Shown in pieces: positions 48,961 to 57,859 of a stretch of 64,000 nt of DNA. Origin of the DNA: Bacillota bacterium (lineage in GTDB: Bacteria; Bacillota; Clostridia; Lachnospirales; Lachnospiraceae); contig JAKPAB010000006.1 of NCBI GenBank assembly GCA_029779695.1, positions 6,173 through 70,172 on the forward strand, given 5' to 3'. A model generated the notes under the pieces. The model saw only the letters and a list, made by a program, of their open reading frames with translations, did not search any database and was not told the DNA's origin. Made by a program: the position numbers and the translations under genes. How positions within the stretch are numbered: the stretch's first letter is position 1; every line of letters begins with the position of its first letter.

Positions 48961-50889
48961 ATGCTTATTTCCGACATGATTGGACAATTAGGCGGTCAAA
49001 ATGCAAATGGTGGCAATAAAAATAATGCTACTGTTTCATTAAGACTTGCAGAATCAACTAAGTCAGGAGATACATCTTTGTCAGCATTTAAACCTGGTGA
49101 GGTATTTGAAGGAACAGTTTCAGATATAAAAGATGATAAGGTTACGATTTCTCTTTCGAATGGTAAGACCCTGATGGCAAGAATAGAAGGATCTGTTCCT
49201 ATGAGTCAGGGACAGTCTGTTTTCTTTGAAGTAAGGTCCAATGAGGGCGGAACCATAAAGATATCACCTATGCCAAATGGTGACTTTAGTAATCCAATCT
49301 TAAATGATGCACTTAAAAATGCAGGTCTGCCTATTACAGCAAATAATCTCTCACTTGTAAAAGAGATGATGAATAATGGCATTTCTATAAATGCAGATAA
49401 TCTCGGGAGAATGGGAAGAATTGTTAATACTAATTCGTCTGTTGATATTTCAACCATTATTAATATGGATAAAATGGGAATCAAGATTACACCTGAGAAC
49501 ATTTCTAATTTTGTAAGATTGGAAGATAACAATAATGCACTTCTAAAGGAAGCTGATAATATTACAGCTTCTATTTCAAAAATGTTTGAATCATCAGGAA
49601 TGTCAGGTGAGTCTATTGTTGATTTTGAGAATACCCTTTTGTTATCCCTTGATAAGCTAACTAATGGTAAAAATGTTTTGCCAACAGGCAGTAGTGCTGA
49701 AACGATTGTAAATCTATCAGAGAGTGCCACTGATGGCGTTAAAACAGATCAGAATTCTGAAAATGTATTAAATAAAGATCTGACAGGTCTTTTAACTGAG
49801 ACCGGATCAGATACAGTGGACGATGCACCTACTTTAGGTAAACAAAGTGTCACATCTGCGCTGCAACAACAGGACAATGTGATTGTTACTAAAAATGATG
49901 ATGGGGAAAAAGATACTGTAAACAACCAACCTATAAAATCTGAAAGTAATATTAATATTGCAGATGAGATCATAATTAATGGTTCTGCTGAGAATAAGCC
50001 AGAAGATTCAGTATCCAAGACAATACAATCTAATATAAATAATGTTTTGGGACAATCAAATATATCAGGTGATATGGTTAAATTGTCAGATGATTTATCA
50101 AAGATTCCAGGATTTAGAGATTCTAATCAACAGATTTTTGATGAAAATGGCAATTTAAAGCCTACAGTTTCTGGAAAAGAACTTCTTGAAACTGCCGTTT
50201 CTTTTTTTAAGAACAATCCTGAAATTGCAAATGAGTATGCGAAATCTTTTTTCTCAGGTAAGGAATATAATAATATTTTATCTGATATAATGAAGGGAGA
50301 TTGGTCATTAAATCCCGAGCAGGTCTCTTCTAAAGATGCGGTTAAGGAACTGTATAAAAATCTTGAAAAACAGCTCGATGCAATTAATAACATTGTAAAA
50401 AACTTTTCTGGAAATGATAATCCTGTATCGAATGCAATTGATTCGGCAAAAGGTAATGTTGATTTCATCAATCAGCTTAATCAGATGTATTCTTATGTTC
50501 AGATACCACTTAAGATGATGAATCAGAATGCGACAGGAGACTTGTACGTATATACTGATAAAAGAAAAAAAGCTGGCAAAAGCAGTGATTCATTAACTGC
50601 TTTTCTACATCTGTCACTTGATAAACTTGGAAATGTTGATATAGCTGTCAAATTGAACAGAAAAAATGCAGAAGTAAAATTTTATATGGATAACGATTTA
50701 TCATATAAGCTTGTTATGGATAATAAAGATATGCTTATTGATAGACTTGCCAAGAAAGGTTATACTTCCCAAATTGATATTTCAGAGGAATCGCAGCCCG
50801 AGAATTTTGTTGAAAAGTTCTTGAATGAGAGTATGGGTAATTCAATGAGTCATGATGTTAAAAGATTTTCATTTGATGTAAGAGCATGA
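48961..50889 (+). CDS. YlqG-like protein with a FliK (hook-length control)-like C-terminal domain
   Basis: S/N/T-rich N-terminal two-thirds. The C-terminal block ...LTAFLHLSLDKLGNVDIAVKLNRKNAEVKFYMDNDLSYKLVMDNKDMLIDRLAKKGY... resembles the Flg_hook/FliK C-domain pattern (L.L.P..LG.V.V.......A.V.F........L......L...L...G). It occupies the same position as B. subtilis ylqG, after rnhB. Confidence 0.6.
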   Translation: MLISDMIGQLGGQNANGGNKNNATVSLRLAESTKSGDTSLSAFKPGEVFEGTVSDIKDDKVTISLSNGKTLMARIEGSVPMSQGQSVFFEVRSNEGGTIKISPMPNGDFSNPILNDALKNAGLPITANNLSLVKEMMNNGISINADNLGRMGRIVNTNSSVDISTIINMDKMGIKITPENISNFVRLEDNNNALLKEADNITASISKMFESSGMSGESIVDFENTLLLSLDKLTNGKNVLPTGSSAETIVNLSESATDGVKTDQNSENVLNKDLTGLLTETGSDTVDDAPTLGKQSVTSALQQQDNVIVTKNDDGEKDTVNNQPIKSESNINIADEIIINGSAENKPEDSVSKTIQSNINNVLGQSNISGDMVKLSDDLSKIPGFRDSNQQIFDENGNLKPTVSGKELLETAVSFFKNNPEIANEYAKSFFSGKEYNNILSDIMKGDWSLNPEQVSSKDAVKELYKNLEKQLDAINNIVKNFSGNDNPVSNAIDSAKGNVDFINQLNQMYSYVQIPLKMMNQNATGDLYVYTDKRKKAGKSSDSLTAFLHLSLDKLGNVDIAVKLNRKNAEVKFYMDNDLSYKLVMDNKDMLIDRLAKKGYTSQIDISEESQPENFVEKFLNESMGNSMSHDVKRFSFDVRA

Positions 50890-51242
50890 TTAATAAGAGA
50901 TATAAAGGTTCCAGATATGAAAAAATAGCTGCGGCATATCTATATAAGGAAATGGGATATGAGATCTTGGAGATGAATTTTCGCAGTCGTCAGGGTGAAG
51001 TTGACATCATTGCAAAAGATGGTGATACTATTTGCTTTATAGAGGTAAAATATAGGAAAGATGCATCTTTTGGAATGCCACAGGAAGCTGTAGATAAAAA
51101 CAAGCAGAAAAAGATATTGATTGTTTCAGCATACTATAGAACCCTGCATCAGATCGGTTCATCAGAATCTATCAGATACGATGTGGTTGCAATACTTGGA
51201 AATCGTATTAAAGTCATAAAGAATGCATTTGGAGGTGTTTGA
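50886..51242 (+). CDS. yraN: YraN-family (UPF0102) endonuclease-like protein
   Basis: GEVDIIA...FIEVKYR motif (restriction-endonuclease-like fold). ATGA overlap with the upstream stop. Confidence 0.85.
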   Translation: MINKRYKGSRYEKIAAAYLYKEMGYEILEMNFRSRQGEVDIIAKDGDTICFIEVKYRKDASFGMPQEAVDKNKQKKILIVSAYYRTLHQIGSSESIRYDVVAILGNRIKVIKNAFGGV

Positions 51243-51530
51243 ATGCCTGATGAGGAAAGGGACAAAAAAAATAAAACTGCTGTGGCTTTGTCCTACGATC
51301 AGGGAGATGAGGCCCCCAAGATACTTGCTGCCGGTAAAGGGCATGTTGCAGATAAGATAATTGAAGAAGCTAAAAAAAATGATATTCCTTTTTATGAGGA
51401 TAGTTCACTGGCAGAAACACTGTCGAAACTTGAAATAGGTGATTCTATTCCGCCTGAACTCTATGAAGTTGTGGCTGAAATACTTGTATTTGTTGATAAA
51501 ATGGATAAGCTTAAAGAGAAGATAAAATAG
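51243..51530 (+). CDS. Stand-alone FlhB C-terminal-domain-like protein (YlqH / EscU-YscU-HrcU family fragment)
   Basis: AVALSYDQGDEAPKILAAGKGHVADKIIEEAKKNDIPFYEDSSLAETL...IPPELYEVVAEILVFV aligns by eye with FlhB ...YSVALQYD...APKVVAKGAG..A..IRE.A....IP..E.PPLARAL...IP..LY.AVAEVL. It has no TM region, and NKTA stands where NPTH would be. Confidence 0.8.
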   Translation: MPDEERDKKNKTAVALSYDQGDEAPKILAAGKGHVADKIIEEAKKNDIPFYEDSSLAETLSKLEIGDSIPPELYEVVAEILVFVDKMDKLKEKIK

Positions 51531-51549
51531 AATTTAAGAGGATTATATT

Positions 51550-52875
51550 ATGAGTAAACCCATAGTAGCAATTGTAGGAAGACCAAACGTAGGTAAATCT
51601 ACGCTTTTTAATGTGCTTGCAGGTGAGAGGATATCGATCGTCGATGATACTCCCGGAGTAACAAGAGACAGAATCTATTGTGAGAGTAGCTGGCTCGATA
51701 AGAGCTTTACAGTAATAGATACAGGTGGAATTGAGCCTTATTCAGACGATCTTATATTGAGGGAAATGCGAGCTCAGGCTATTATTGCAATGGAAAGCGC
51801 TGACGTAATAGTTTTTATCACAGATATAAAAAGTGGACTAACAGATGCAGATAATGAAGTTGCAAACATGCTACGAAAGAGCAAAAAGCCTGTTCTTCTA
51901 GTTGTAAATAAGGTTGATGATTTTAAAAAAATGATGGCTTCTGTTTATGAATTTTACAATCTGGGAATTGGTGAACCAATCCCGATTTCTGCAGCATCAA
52001 AACTTGGATTGGGTGATTTTCTTGATAAATTGGTATCTGATTTCCCTGATTCAAAAAAATCAGAAGAGGATGATACACCTAAGATAGCAATTATTGGAAA
52101 GCCAAATGTTGGTAAATCATCTCTTGTCAATTATCTTTCAGGTGAGAAAAGGGCAATAGTATCGGATATCCCAGGAACGACAAGGGACGCAATTGATACT
52201 AAGGTCAGATTTAATAATAAGGACTATATTTTCATTGATACTGCCGGCCTTCGCCGAAAAAGCAAGATCAAGGAAATTCTTGAGAGATATAGTATAGTAA
52301 GAGCTGTTGCTGCAGTTGAAAAGGCTGATGCTGTCATTCTGATGATCGACGGAACAGAGGGAGTAACAGAACAGGATGCCAAGATCGCAGGAATCGCACA
52401 TGAAAGAGGCAAGGGTATAATAATTGCCGTTAACAAGTGGGATGCTGTTGAAAAAGATGACAAAACAATATATAGAATGAAGGAAAAGATCCATCAGACA
52501 CTTAGCTTTATGCCTTATGCAGTGATCATATTTATATCTGCAAAAACGGGCCAGAGAACTGGTAAAATCTTTGAAACTATTGATCTTGTTATTTCTAATA
52601 ACAATTTAAGGATTCAGACCGGAATATTAAATGAAATCATATCTGAGGCAGTTGCAATGCAACAACCACCTACAGATAAGGGAAGACGACTTAAGATTTT
52701 CTATGCGACTCAGGTTTCGGTTAAGCCGCCTACATTTGTTTTGTTCGTAAATTATAAGGACCTAATGCATTTTTCATATGTAAGATATCTTGAAAACAGA
52801 ATTAGAGATTCATTTGGATTTGAGGGAACGACAATTCATTTTATTACAAGAGAAAGGGAAGGAGAAAAGGAATGA
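51550..52875 (+). CDS. der: Ribosome-associated GTPase Der/EngA (tandem GTPase domains plus KH-like domain)
   Basis: Two G1 loops ([18 protein letters not shown]), DTGG and DTAG, and two NKxD motifs. Confidence 0.95.
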   Translation: MSKPIVAIVGRPNVGKSTLFNVLAGERISIVDDTPGVTRDRIYCESSWLDKSFTVIDTGGIEPYSDDLILREMRAQAIIAMESADVIVFITDIKSGLTDADNEVANMLRKSKKPVLLVVNKVDDFKKMMASVYEFYNLGIGEPIPISAASKLGLGDFLDKLVSDFPDSKKSEEDDTPKIAIIGKPNVGKSSLVNYLSGEKRAIVSDIPGTTRDAIDTKVRFNNKDYIFIDTAGLRRKSKIKEILERYSIVRAVAAVEKADAVILMIDGTEGVTEQDAKIAGIAHERGKGIIIAVNKWDAVEKDDKTIYRMKEKIHQTLSFMPYAVIIFISAKTGQRTGKIFETIDLVISNNNLRIQTGILNEIISEAVAMQQPPTDKGRRLKIFYATQVSVKPPTFVLFVNYKDLMHFSYVRYLENRIRDSFGFEGTTIHFITREREGEKE

Positions 52876-53537
52876 TTCAGGAGAGAATAATTTCTTTACT
52901 TATTGGCTATGCTTTTGGAAATATTCTTTTTGGCTTTTTTTATGGAAAGCTTAGGCATACAGATATCAGGAAACAGGGTAGCGGAAATATTGGTTCAACC
53001 AATACCCTTAGGATAATGGGTGTTCTTCCTGGATTTTTATCTTTATTTTGCGATTGTATGAAGGTTGTTTTGGGAGCAGTCGTTGTAAGTATGGTATTTA
53101 AGGGATATTCTCCAGAGAATCTAGCTCTTCTTAGAATGTATGCAGCGTGTGGAACAGTACTAGGACATGATTTTCCTGTTATTCTTAAGTTTAAAGGTGG
53201 TAAGGGTATTGCAGCTAGCCTTGGCTTCTTGGCGGTCGTGTGTCCGGTCTTTCTACCTGTTGCGGTTACAGTATTTTTTATGGCAGTGATTTTTACAAGG
53301 TTTGTATCATTAGGATCGATAATGACGGCAGGCGTGATTTTTGTACAGGCAATTGTATTTTTCTGTATTGGAGCTCTTCCGTTTAGCGGAGAATATGCTA
53401 TAGAAGCTTTGATTATAATTATGTTTTTATGCCTATTGGCAATTTTTTTACATCATGGAAATATTGATCGTCTGATGCATGGACGTGAAAATAAATTTTC
53501 GTTTCACCCAAATACAAACAAACCCAAGGAGGCTTGA
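52872..53537 (+). CDS. plsY: Glycerol-3-phosphate acyltransferase PlsY
   Basis: Polytopic membrane protein with GSGNIGSTN and GGKG motifs. ATGA overlap with der. Confidence 0.92.
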   Translation: MIQERIISLLIGYAFGNILFGFFYGKLRHTDIRKQGSGNIGSTNTLRIMGVLPGFLSLFCDCMKVVLGAVVVSMVFKGYSPENLALLRMYAACGTVLGHDFPVILKFKGGKGIAASLGFLAVVCPVFLPVAVTVFFMAVIFTRFVSLGSIMTAGVIFVQAIVFFCIGALPFSGEYAIEALIIIMFLCLLAIFLHHGNIDRLMHGRENKFSFHPNTNKPKEA

Positions 53538-53538
53538 A

Positions 53539-54552
53539 TTGGCAGATATATCTATACTTGGAGCAGGAAGCTGGGGAACAGCTCTTGCAGCATCCTTATT
53601 TAATAATGGGCATCATGTTATTTTATGGTCTTATAGAGAAGATCAGGTTAATGAACTAAAAAAAACAAGAGAAAATAAATCAAAATTACCAGGGGTAATA
53701 TTACCTGAAAATCTTCAGTATACATCTGATTTTGAAGAAGCTGTGACAGATAAGGATCTGATTGTCTTTGCTGTACCATCAAAGGCAACGAGAGAAACAG
53801 CATTAAAATTCAAGCCATTTTTAAAATCTAATCAAAAGATAATTACAGTTACAAAAGGTATTGAAGAAGGCACTCTTATGAACCAGACTGAAATACTGCA
53901 GGATGTATTGGGAGAAGGAGTAAGAGTCGGAGTACTAAGTGGGCCAAGCCATGCAGAAGAGGTTGCACAGTCACTCCCTACCCTTGTTGTAGTTGGATCA
54001 AAAGACAAAGAGTTATGTGTTATGACTCAGGAATTTTTTATGAATGAAAATTTCAGAGTATATATAAGTCCTGATGTAACAGGCATTGAAATTGGAGCTT
54101 CTCTTAAAAATGTTATTGCATTGGCAGCTGGAATGTCAGATGGTTTAGGATTCGGAGACAATGCCAAGGCAGCTCTTATCACAAGAGGTATCAAGGAGAT
54201 CACTGCACTTTCTGTTGCAATGGGCGGAGAGAGTGAGACTCTAAACGGATTATCAGGAATCGGAGACTTGATCGTAACCTGCCAGAGCAGACATTCAAGA
54301 AATAGAAAAGCTGGAGAACTGATAGGCCAGGGAATGAGCACGGATGAAGCGATGAAAAAGGTGGCAATGATCGTAGAAGGCGTATACTCTGCCAAGGCCG
54401 CCAAAGCGTTGGGAGAAAAGTACGGAGTTGAACTTCCGATCATTGAAGAAGTCAATGAGGTTTTGTTTGAAGGCAAGGATCCTAGAACGGAAGTGCTTAA
54501 TCTTATGACTAGAGATAAAAAGAAAGAAATAGAGATTATGGGCTGGAAGTAA
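53539..54552 (+). CDS. gpsA: NAD(P)H-dependent glycerol-3-phosphate dehydrogenase
   Basis: ILGAGSWGTALA dinucleotide fold and GLSGIGDL motif. AAGGAGG at 53526-53532 sits 6 nt before TTG 53539. The track start at 53479 over-extends into plsY. Confidence 0.93.
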   Translation: MADISILGAGSWGTALAASLFNNGHHVILWSYREDQVNELKKTRENKSKLPGVILPENLQYTSDFEEAVTDKDLIVFAVPSKATRETALKFKPFLKSNQKIITVTKGIEEGTLMNQTEILQDVLGEGVRVGVLSGPSHAEEVAQSLPTLVVVGSKDKELCVMTQEFFMNENFRVYISPDVTGIEIGASLKNVIALAAGMSDGLGFGDNAKAALITRGIKEITALSVAMGGESETLNGLSGIGDLIVTCQSRHSRNRKAGELIGQGMSTDEAMKKVAMIVEGVYSAKAAKALGEKYGVELPIIEEVNEVLFEGKDPRTEVLNLMTRDKKKEIEIMGWK

Positions 54553-54659
54553 TGTATTTACAGCATTGTTTTTAATATGTAAATTGTTCTTGTTTATGAG
54601 CTTAAAAAAAGGTATCATAAAAAGAGAATGTTTGTTTAGGTTATTGATTTGGAGTTAAC

Positions 54660-55103
54660 GTGTCAGATATAGAAAAAATACTTATAAAATATCATTCAGA
54701 TAAAATTGAAAAACTTAGATATATAGATGGAAAATCGGATTGGGTAGACCTTCGTGTGGCAGAAGAAGTTTCACTTAAAAAGGGAGATTTTAAACTAATT
54801 GATCTTGGAATATCTGTTAAACTTCCTGAAGGATACGAGATGCTTGTAGTTGCCAGAAGCTCTACATTTAAAAATTTTGGATTGATCCAGACCAATGCTC
54901 TTGGTGTTGTTGATGAGAGCTACTGTGGTGATGATGATCATATAATGATGCCTGTTTGGGCAACAAGAGATGTGGATATTCATATTAATGATAGACTTTG
55001 CCAGTTTCGTATATTGAAACACCAGCCCGCGTTGGAGTTTAACGAAACAGACAAACTCTCCGGAGTATCAAGAGGCGGTTTTGGTTCCACCGGTATAAAT
55101 TAA
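54660..55103 (+). CDS. dut: dUTP diphosphatase (trimeric dUTPase)
   Basis: Motif 3 GVVDESYCGD and motif 5 SRGGFGSTG. GTG start. Confidence 0.88.
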   Translation: MSDIEKILIKYHSDKIEKLRYIDGKSDWVDLRVAEEVSLKKGDFKLIDLGISVKLPEGYEMLVVARSSTFKNFGLIQTNALGVVDESYCGDDDHIMMPVWATRDVDIHINDRLCQFRILKHQPALEFNETDKLSGVSRGGFGSTGIN

Positions 55104-55117
55104 AAAGGAGTATTGCC

Positions 55118-55774
55118 ATGGAAAAAAGCATTTCGGACAGATTGATGAAGTTTTATGCAAGAAACGACAAAAGTGTTACGATTAATGCGGCGCAGGGTCA
55201 TTTTGCCACAAGCCAATCTCATATCAATTATTATATTGATGTTACACGTATCAAGGTGCGTGTAAGTGAGGCGAAGGAAGCTGCAAAATTTCTGAGGGAA
55301 CGTATGGTCAATAGGATAGAGTCTATTGATTCAATAGTTTGTCTTGATGAGACTCAAGTATTAGGTGCTTTCCTTGGTGAAGAAATTGAAAAAGGTGGTT
55401 TTATAACAAATAATGCTCATGAAACTGAATATGTGGTTTGCCCTGAGGAAAATAGTATTCACCAGTTTATGTTCAGGGAAAATAACAGACTCGCTATTTG
55501 TGGCAAAAACGTAATTATCCTTGTGGATTCAATAAGTACAGGAACAACTGTAAAAAGAATGATTGAATGCATAAGATACTATGGTGGAAAGGTATGCGGT
55601 ATTGCATCGATTTTCAGCACTGTAGATGAAGTATATGGAGTTAAGGCATATACAATATTTGATGAAGAGGATCTTCCCGGCTATCAAGCTTATTCACCTA
55701 CAGATTGTCCGATGTGCCAGAAAAGGATTCCTATTGAAGCAATGGTTAATGGTTACGGATACGCGAAACTTTGA
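55118..55774 (+). CDS. Phosphoribosyltransferase-fold (PyrE-like) protein of unknown function with a C-terminal CxxC
   Basis: PRPP-binding-loop-like VIILVDSISTGTT. C-terminal SPTDCPMCQKRIP. Good RBS (AAAGGAG). Confidence 0.6.
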   Translation: MEKSISDRLMKFYARNDKSVTINAAQGHFATSQSHINYYIDVTRIKVRVSEAKEAAKFLRERMVNRIESIDSIVCLDETQVLGAFLGEEIEKGGFITNNAHETEYVVCPEENSIHQFMFRENNRLAICGKNVIILVDSISTGTTVKRMIECIRYYGGKVCGIASIFSTVDEVYGVKAYTIFDEEDLPGYQAYSPTDCPMCQKRIPIEAMVNGYGYAKL

Positions 55775-55862
55775 CTGGAATTAGATCATAAGAGGAAATA
55801 AAAAACATATGCCTCTGTATTGGGTCTTACCGATACGGAGGCAATTTACTGCGGAGGAATAT

Positions 55863-57782
55863 ATGGCTAAGCAGATATATGATGAAAATAGCATATCGGT
55901 CCTTGAGGGACTAGAAGCGGTGAGAAAAAGACCGGGAATGTATATAGGTTCTACATCCAGAAAAGGTCTTAACCATCTTATCTATGAGATTGTAGATAAT
56001 GCTGTTGATGAACATTTGGCAGGTGAATGCGACACTATCATAGTAACGCTTTTGGAAGATGGTTCTTGTACTGTAAAAGATAACGGACGTGGTGTTCCTG
56101 TTGGAACCAATAAATTTGGAATACCTGCAGAAAGAGTTGTATTTACTACACTCCATGCCGGAGGCAAGTTTGATGATACAGCATATAAGACCAGTGGTGG
56201 ACTCCATGGTGTAGGTTCTTCTGTTGTAAATGCGCTGTCTACTCATATGGATGTCAAGATAAGCCGCGATGGTAAGACCTATCATGATTATTTTGAGAGA
56301 GGTATTGCGGCATTAGATCTGATAGATGGTGAACTTCCTGTTATTTGTAAAACCAAGGAAAGAGGAACAGAAATCAATTTTCTTCCTGATCCGGAGATCT
56401 TTGAAAAAACAGTATTCAAAGAAGATGAAATAAAGAGCAGACTTCACGAAACTGCTTATCTGAATCCTGACCTTAAAATTATATATAGAGATAAAAGAGC
56501 CAAAGAACTAGAGGAGATTATATTCCATGAACCTGAGGGAATAACCGGTTTTGTCAGAGATATCAATGTTAATTCTGAAGTGGTTTCACCAGTAATATAT
56601 TATAAAGGAGTTTCGGATGGAATAGAGATCGAAGTTGCTTTTCAATATATTAATGAGTTTCATGAGAACATCTTAGGCTTCTGTAATAATATATATAATG
56701 CAGAGGGAGGCACTCATCTCACAGGATTCAAGACTACATTTACAACGGTTATGAACAACTATGCAAGAGAGATAGGTGTTTTAAAGGATAAAGATCCTAA
56801 TTTCACAGGAGCTGATCTTAGAAATGGAATGACGGCTGTTGTATCAATTAAACATCCTGACCCAAGATTTGAGGGACAGACCAAGACAAAACTGGATAAT
56901 CCGGATGCAGCCAAAGCATGTGGCAAGGTAACAAATGATGAGATACAGCTATACTTTGACAGAAATGTAGATGTTTTAAAAAGTGTTCTTTCCTGTGCTG
57001 AAAAAGCAGCAAGAATCAGGAAAACTGAGGAAAGAGCAAAAACAAATTTATTAATAAAGCAGAAATTTTCATTTGACTCAAATGGTAAACTGGCAAACTG
57101 TGAAAGCAGAGATGCAAAAAAATGTGAGGTATTTATTGTTGAGGGAGATTCCGCCGGTGGTTCAGCTAAAACTGCCAGAAACAGAATGTATCAGGCTATT
57201 TTACCTATCAGAGGTAAGATTCTTAATGTAGAAAAGGCAAGTATAGATAAAATCTTAAAAAATGCCGAGATCAAGACTATGATCAATGCCTTTGGATGTG
57301 GTTTTTCTGAAGGATATGGTAACGATTTTGATATTACAAAACTAAGATATGATAAAATCGTTATTATGACGGATGCAGATGTGGATGGGGCTCATATATC
57401 AACCCTTCTTCTTACTCTTTTTTATAGATTTATGCCTGAGCTTATTTATGAAGGTCATGTATATATCGCAATGCCACCTCTTTACAAGGTTATGCCTAAA
57501 AAGGGAGAGGGAGAGTATCTATATGATGATGCTGCACTTGAAAAATACAGAAGAACCCACAAGGGAGATTTTACTCTCCAACGTTATAAGGGTCTTGGAG
57601 AGATGGATGCTGTCCAGCTCTGGGAAACAACTCTTAATCCTGAGAGCAGAGTCATGAAACAGATCAGTATAGAGGATGGAAGAATGGCATCTGATGTGAC
57701 AGAGATGCTTATGGGCAACGATGTAGGTCCTAGAAAGGATTTTATCCATGACCATGCATCTGATGCGGAAATAGATATTTGA
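55863..57782 (+). CDS. parE: Type IIA topoisomerase ATPase subunit (ParE / GyrB-like; topoisomerase IV subunit B favoured)
   Basis: GLEAVRKRPGMYIGS, GGLHGVG, Toprim EGDSAGG, PIRGKILNVEKA, IMTDADVDGAHI. GGAGG sits 5 nt before ATG 55863. ParE is favoured over GyrB only by context: no dnaA-dnaN-recF nearby, and a short partner A subunit. Confidence 0.8.
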   Translation: MAKQIYDENSISVLEGLEAVRKRPGMYIGSTSRKGLNHLIYEIVDNAVDEHLAGECDTIIVTLLEDGSCTVKDNGRGVPVGTNKFGIPAERVVFTTLHAGGKFDDTAYKTSGGLHGVGSSVVNALSTHMDVKISRDGKTYHDYFERGIAALDLIDGELPVICKTKERGTEINFLPDPEIFEKTVFKEDEIKSRLHETAYLNPDLKIIYRDKRAKELEEIIFHEPEGITGFVRDINVNSEVVSPVIYYKGVSDGIEIEVAFQYINEFHENILGFCNNIYNAEGGTHLTGFKTTFTTVMNNYAREIGVLKDKDPNFTGADLRNGMTAVVSIKHPDPRFEGQTKTKLDNPDAAKACGKVTNDEIQLYFDRNVDVLKSVLSCAEKAARIRKTEERAKTNLLIKQKFSFDSNGKLANCESRDAKKCEVFIVEGDSAGGSAKTARNRMYQAILPIRGKILNVEKASIDKILKNAEIKTMINAFGCGFSEGYGNDFDITKLRYDKIVIMTDADVDGAHISTLLLTLFYRFMPELIYEGHVYIAMPPLYKVMPKKGEGEYLYDDAALEKYRRTHKGDFTLQRYKGLGEMDAVQLWETTLNPESRVMKQISIEDGRMASDVTEMLMGNDVGPRKDFIHDHASDAEIDI

Positions 57783-57859
57783 TGTAATAAATAGTTGTTG
57801 CAAAATAGATTTAATTAATTAAATTAATAATATAAATATTGGAAAGCAGGTATTCATAA

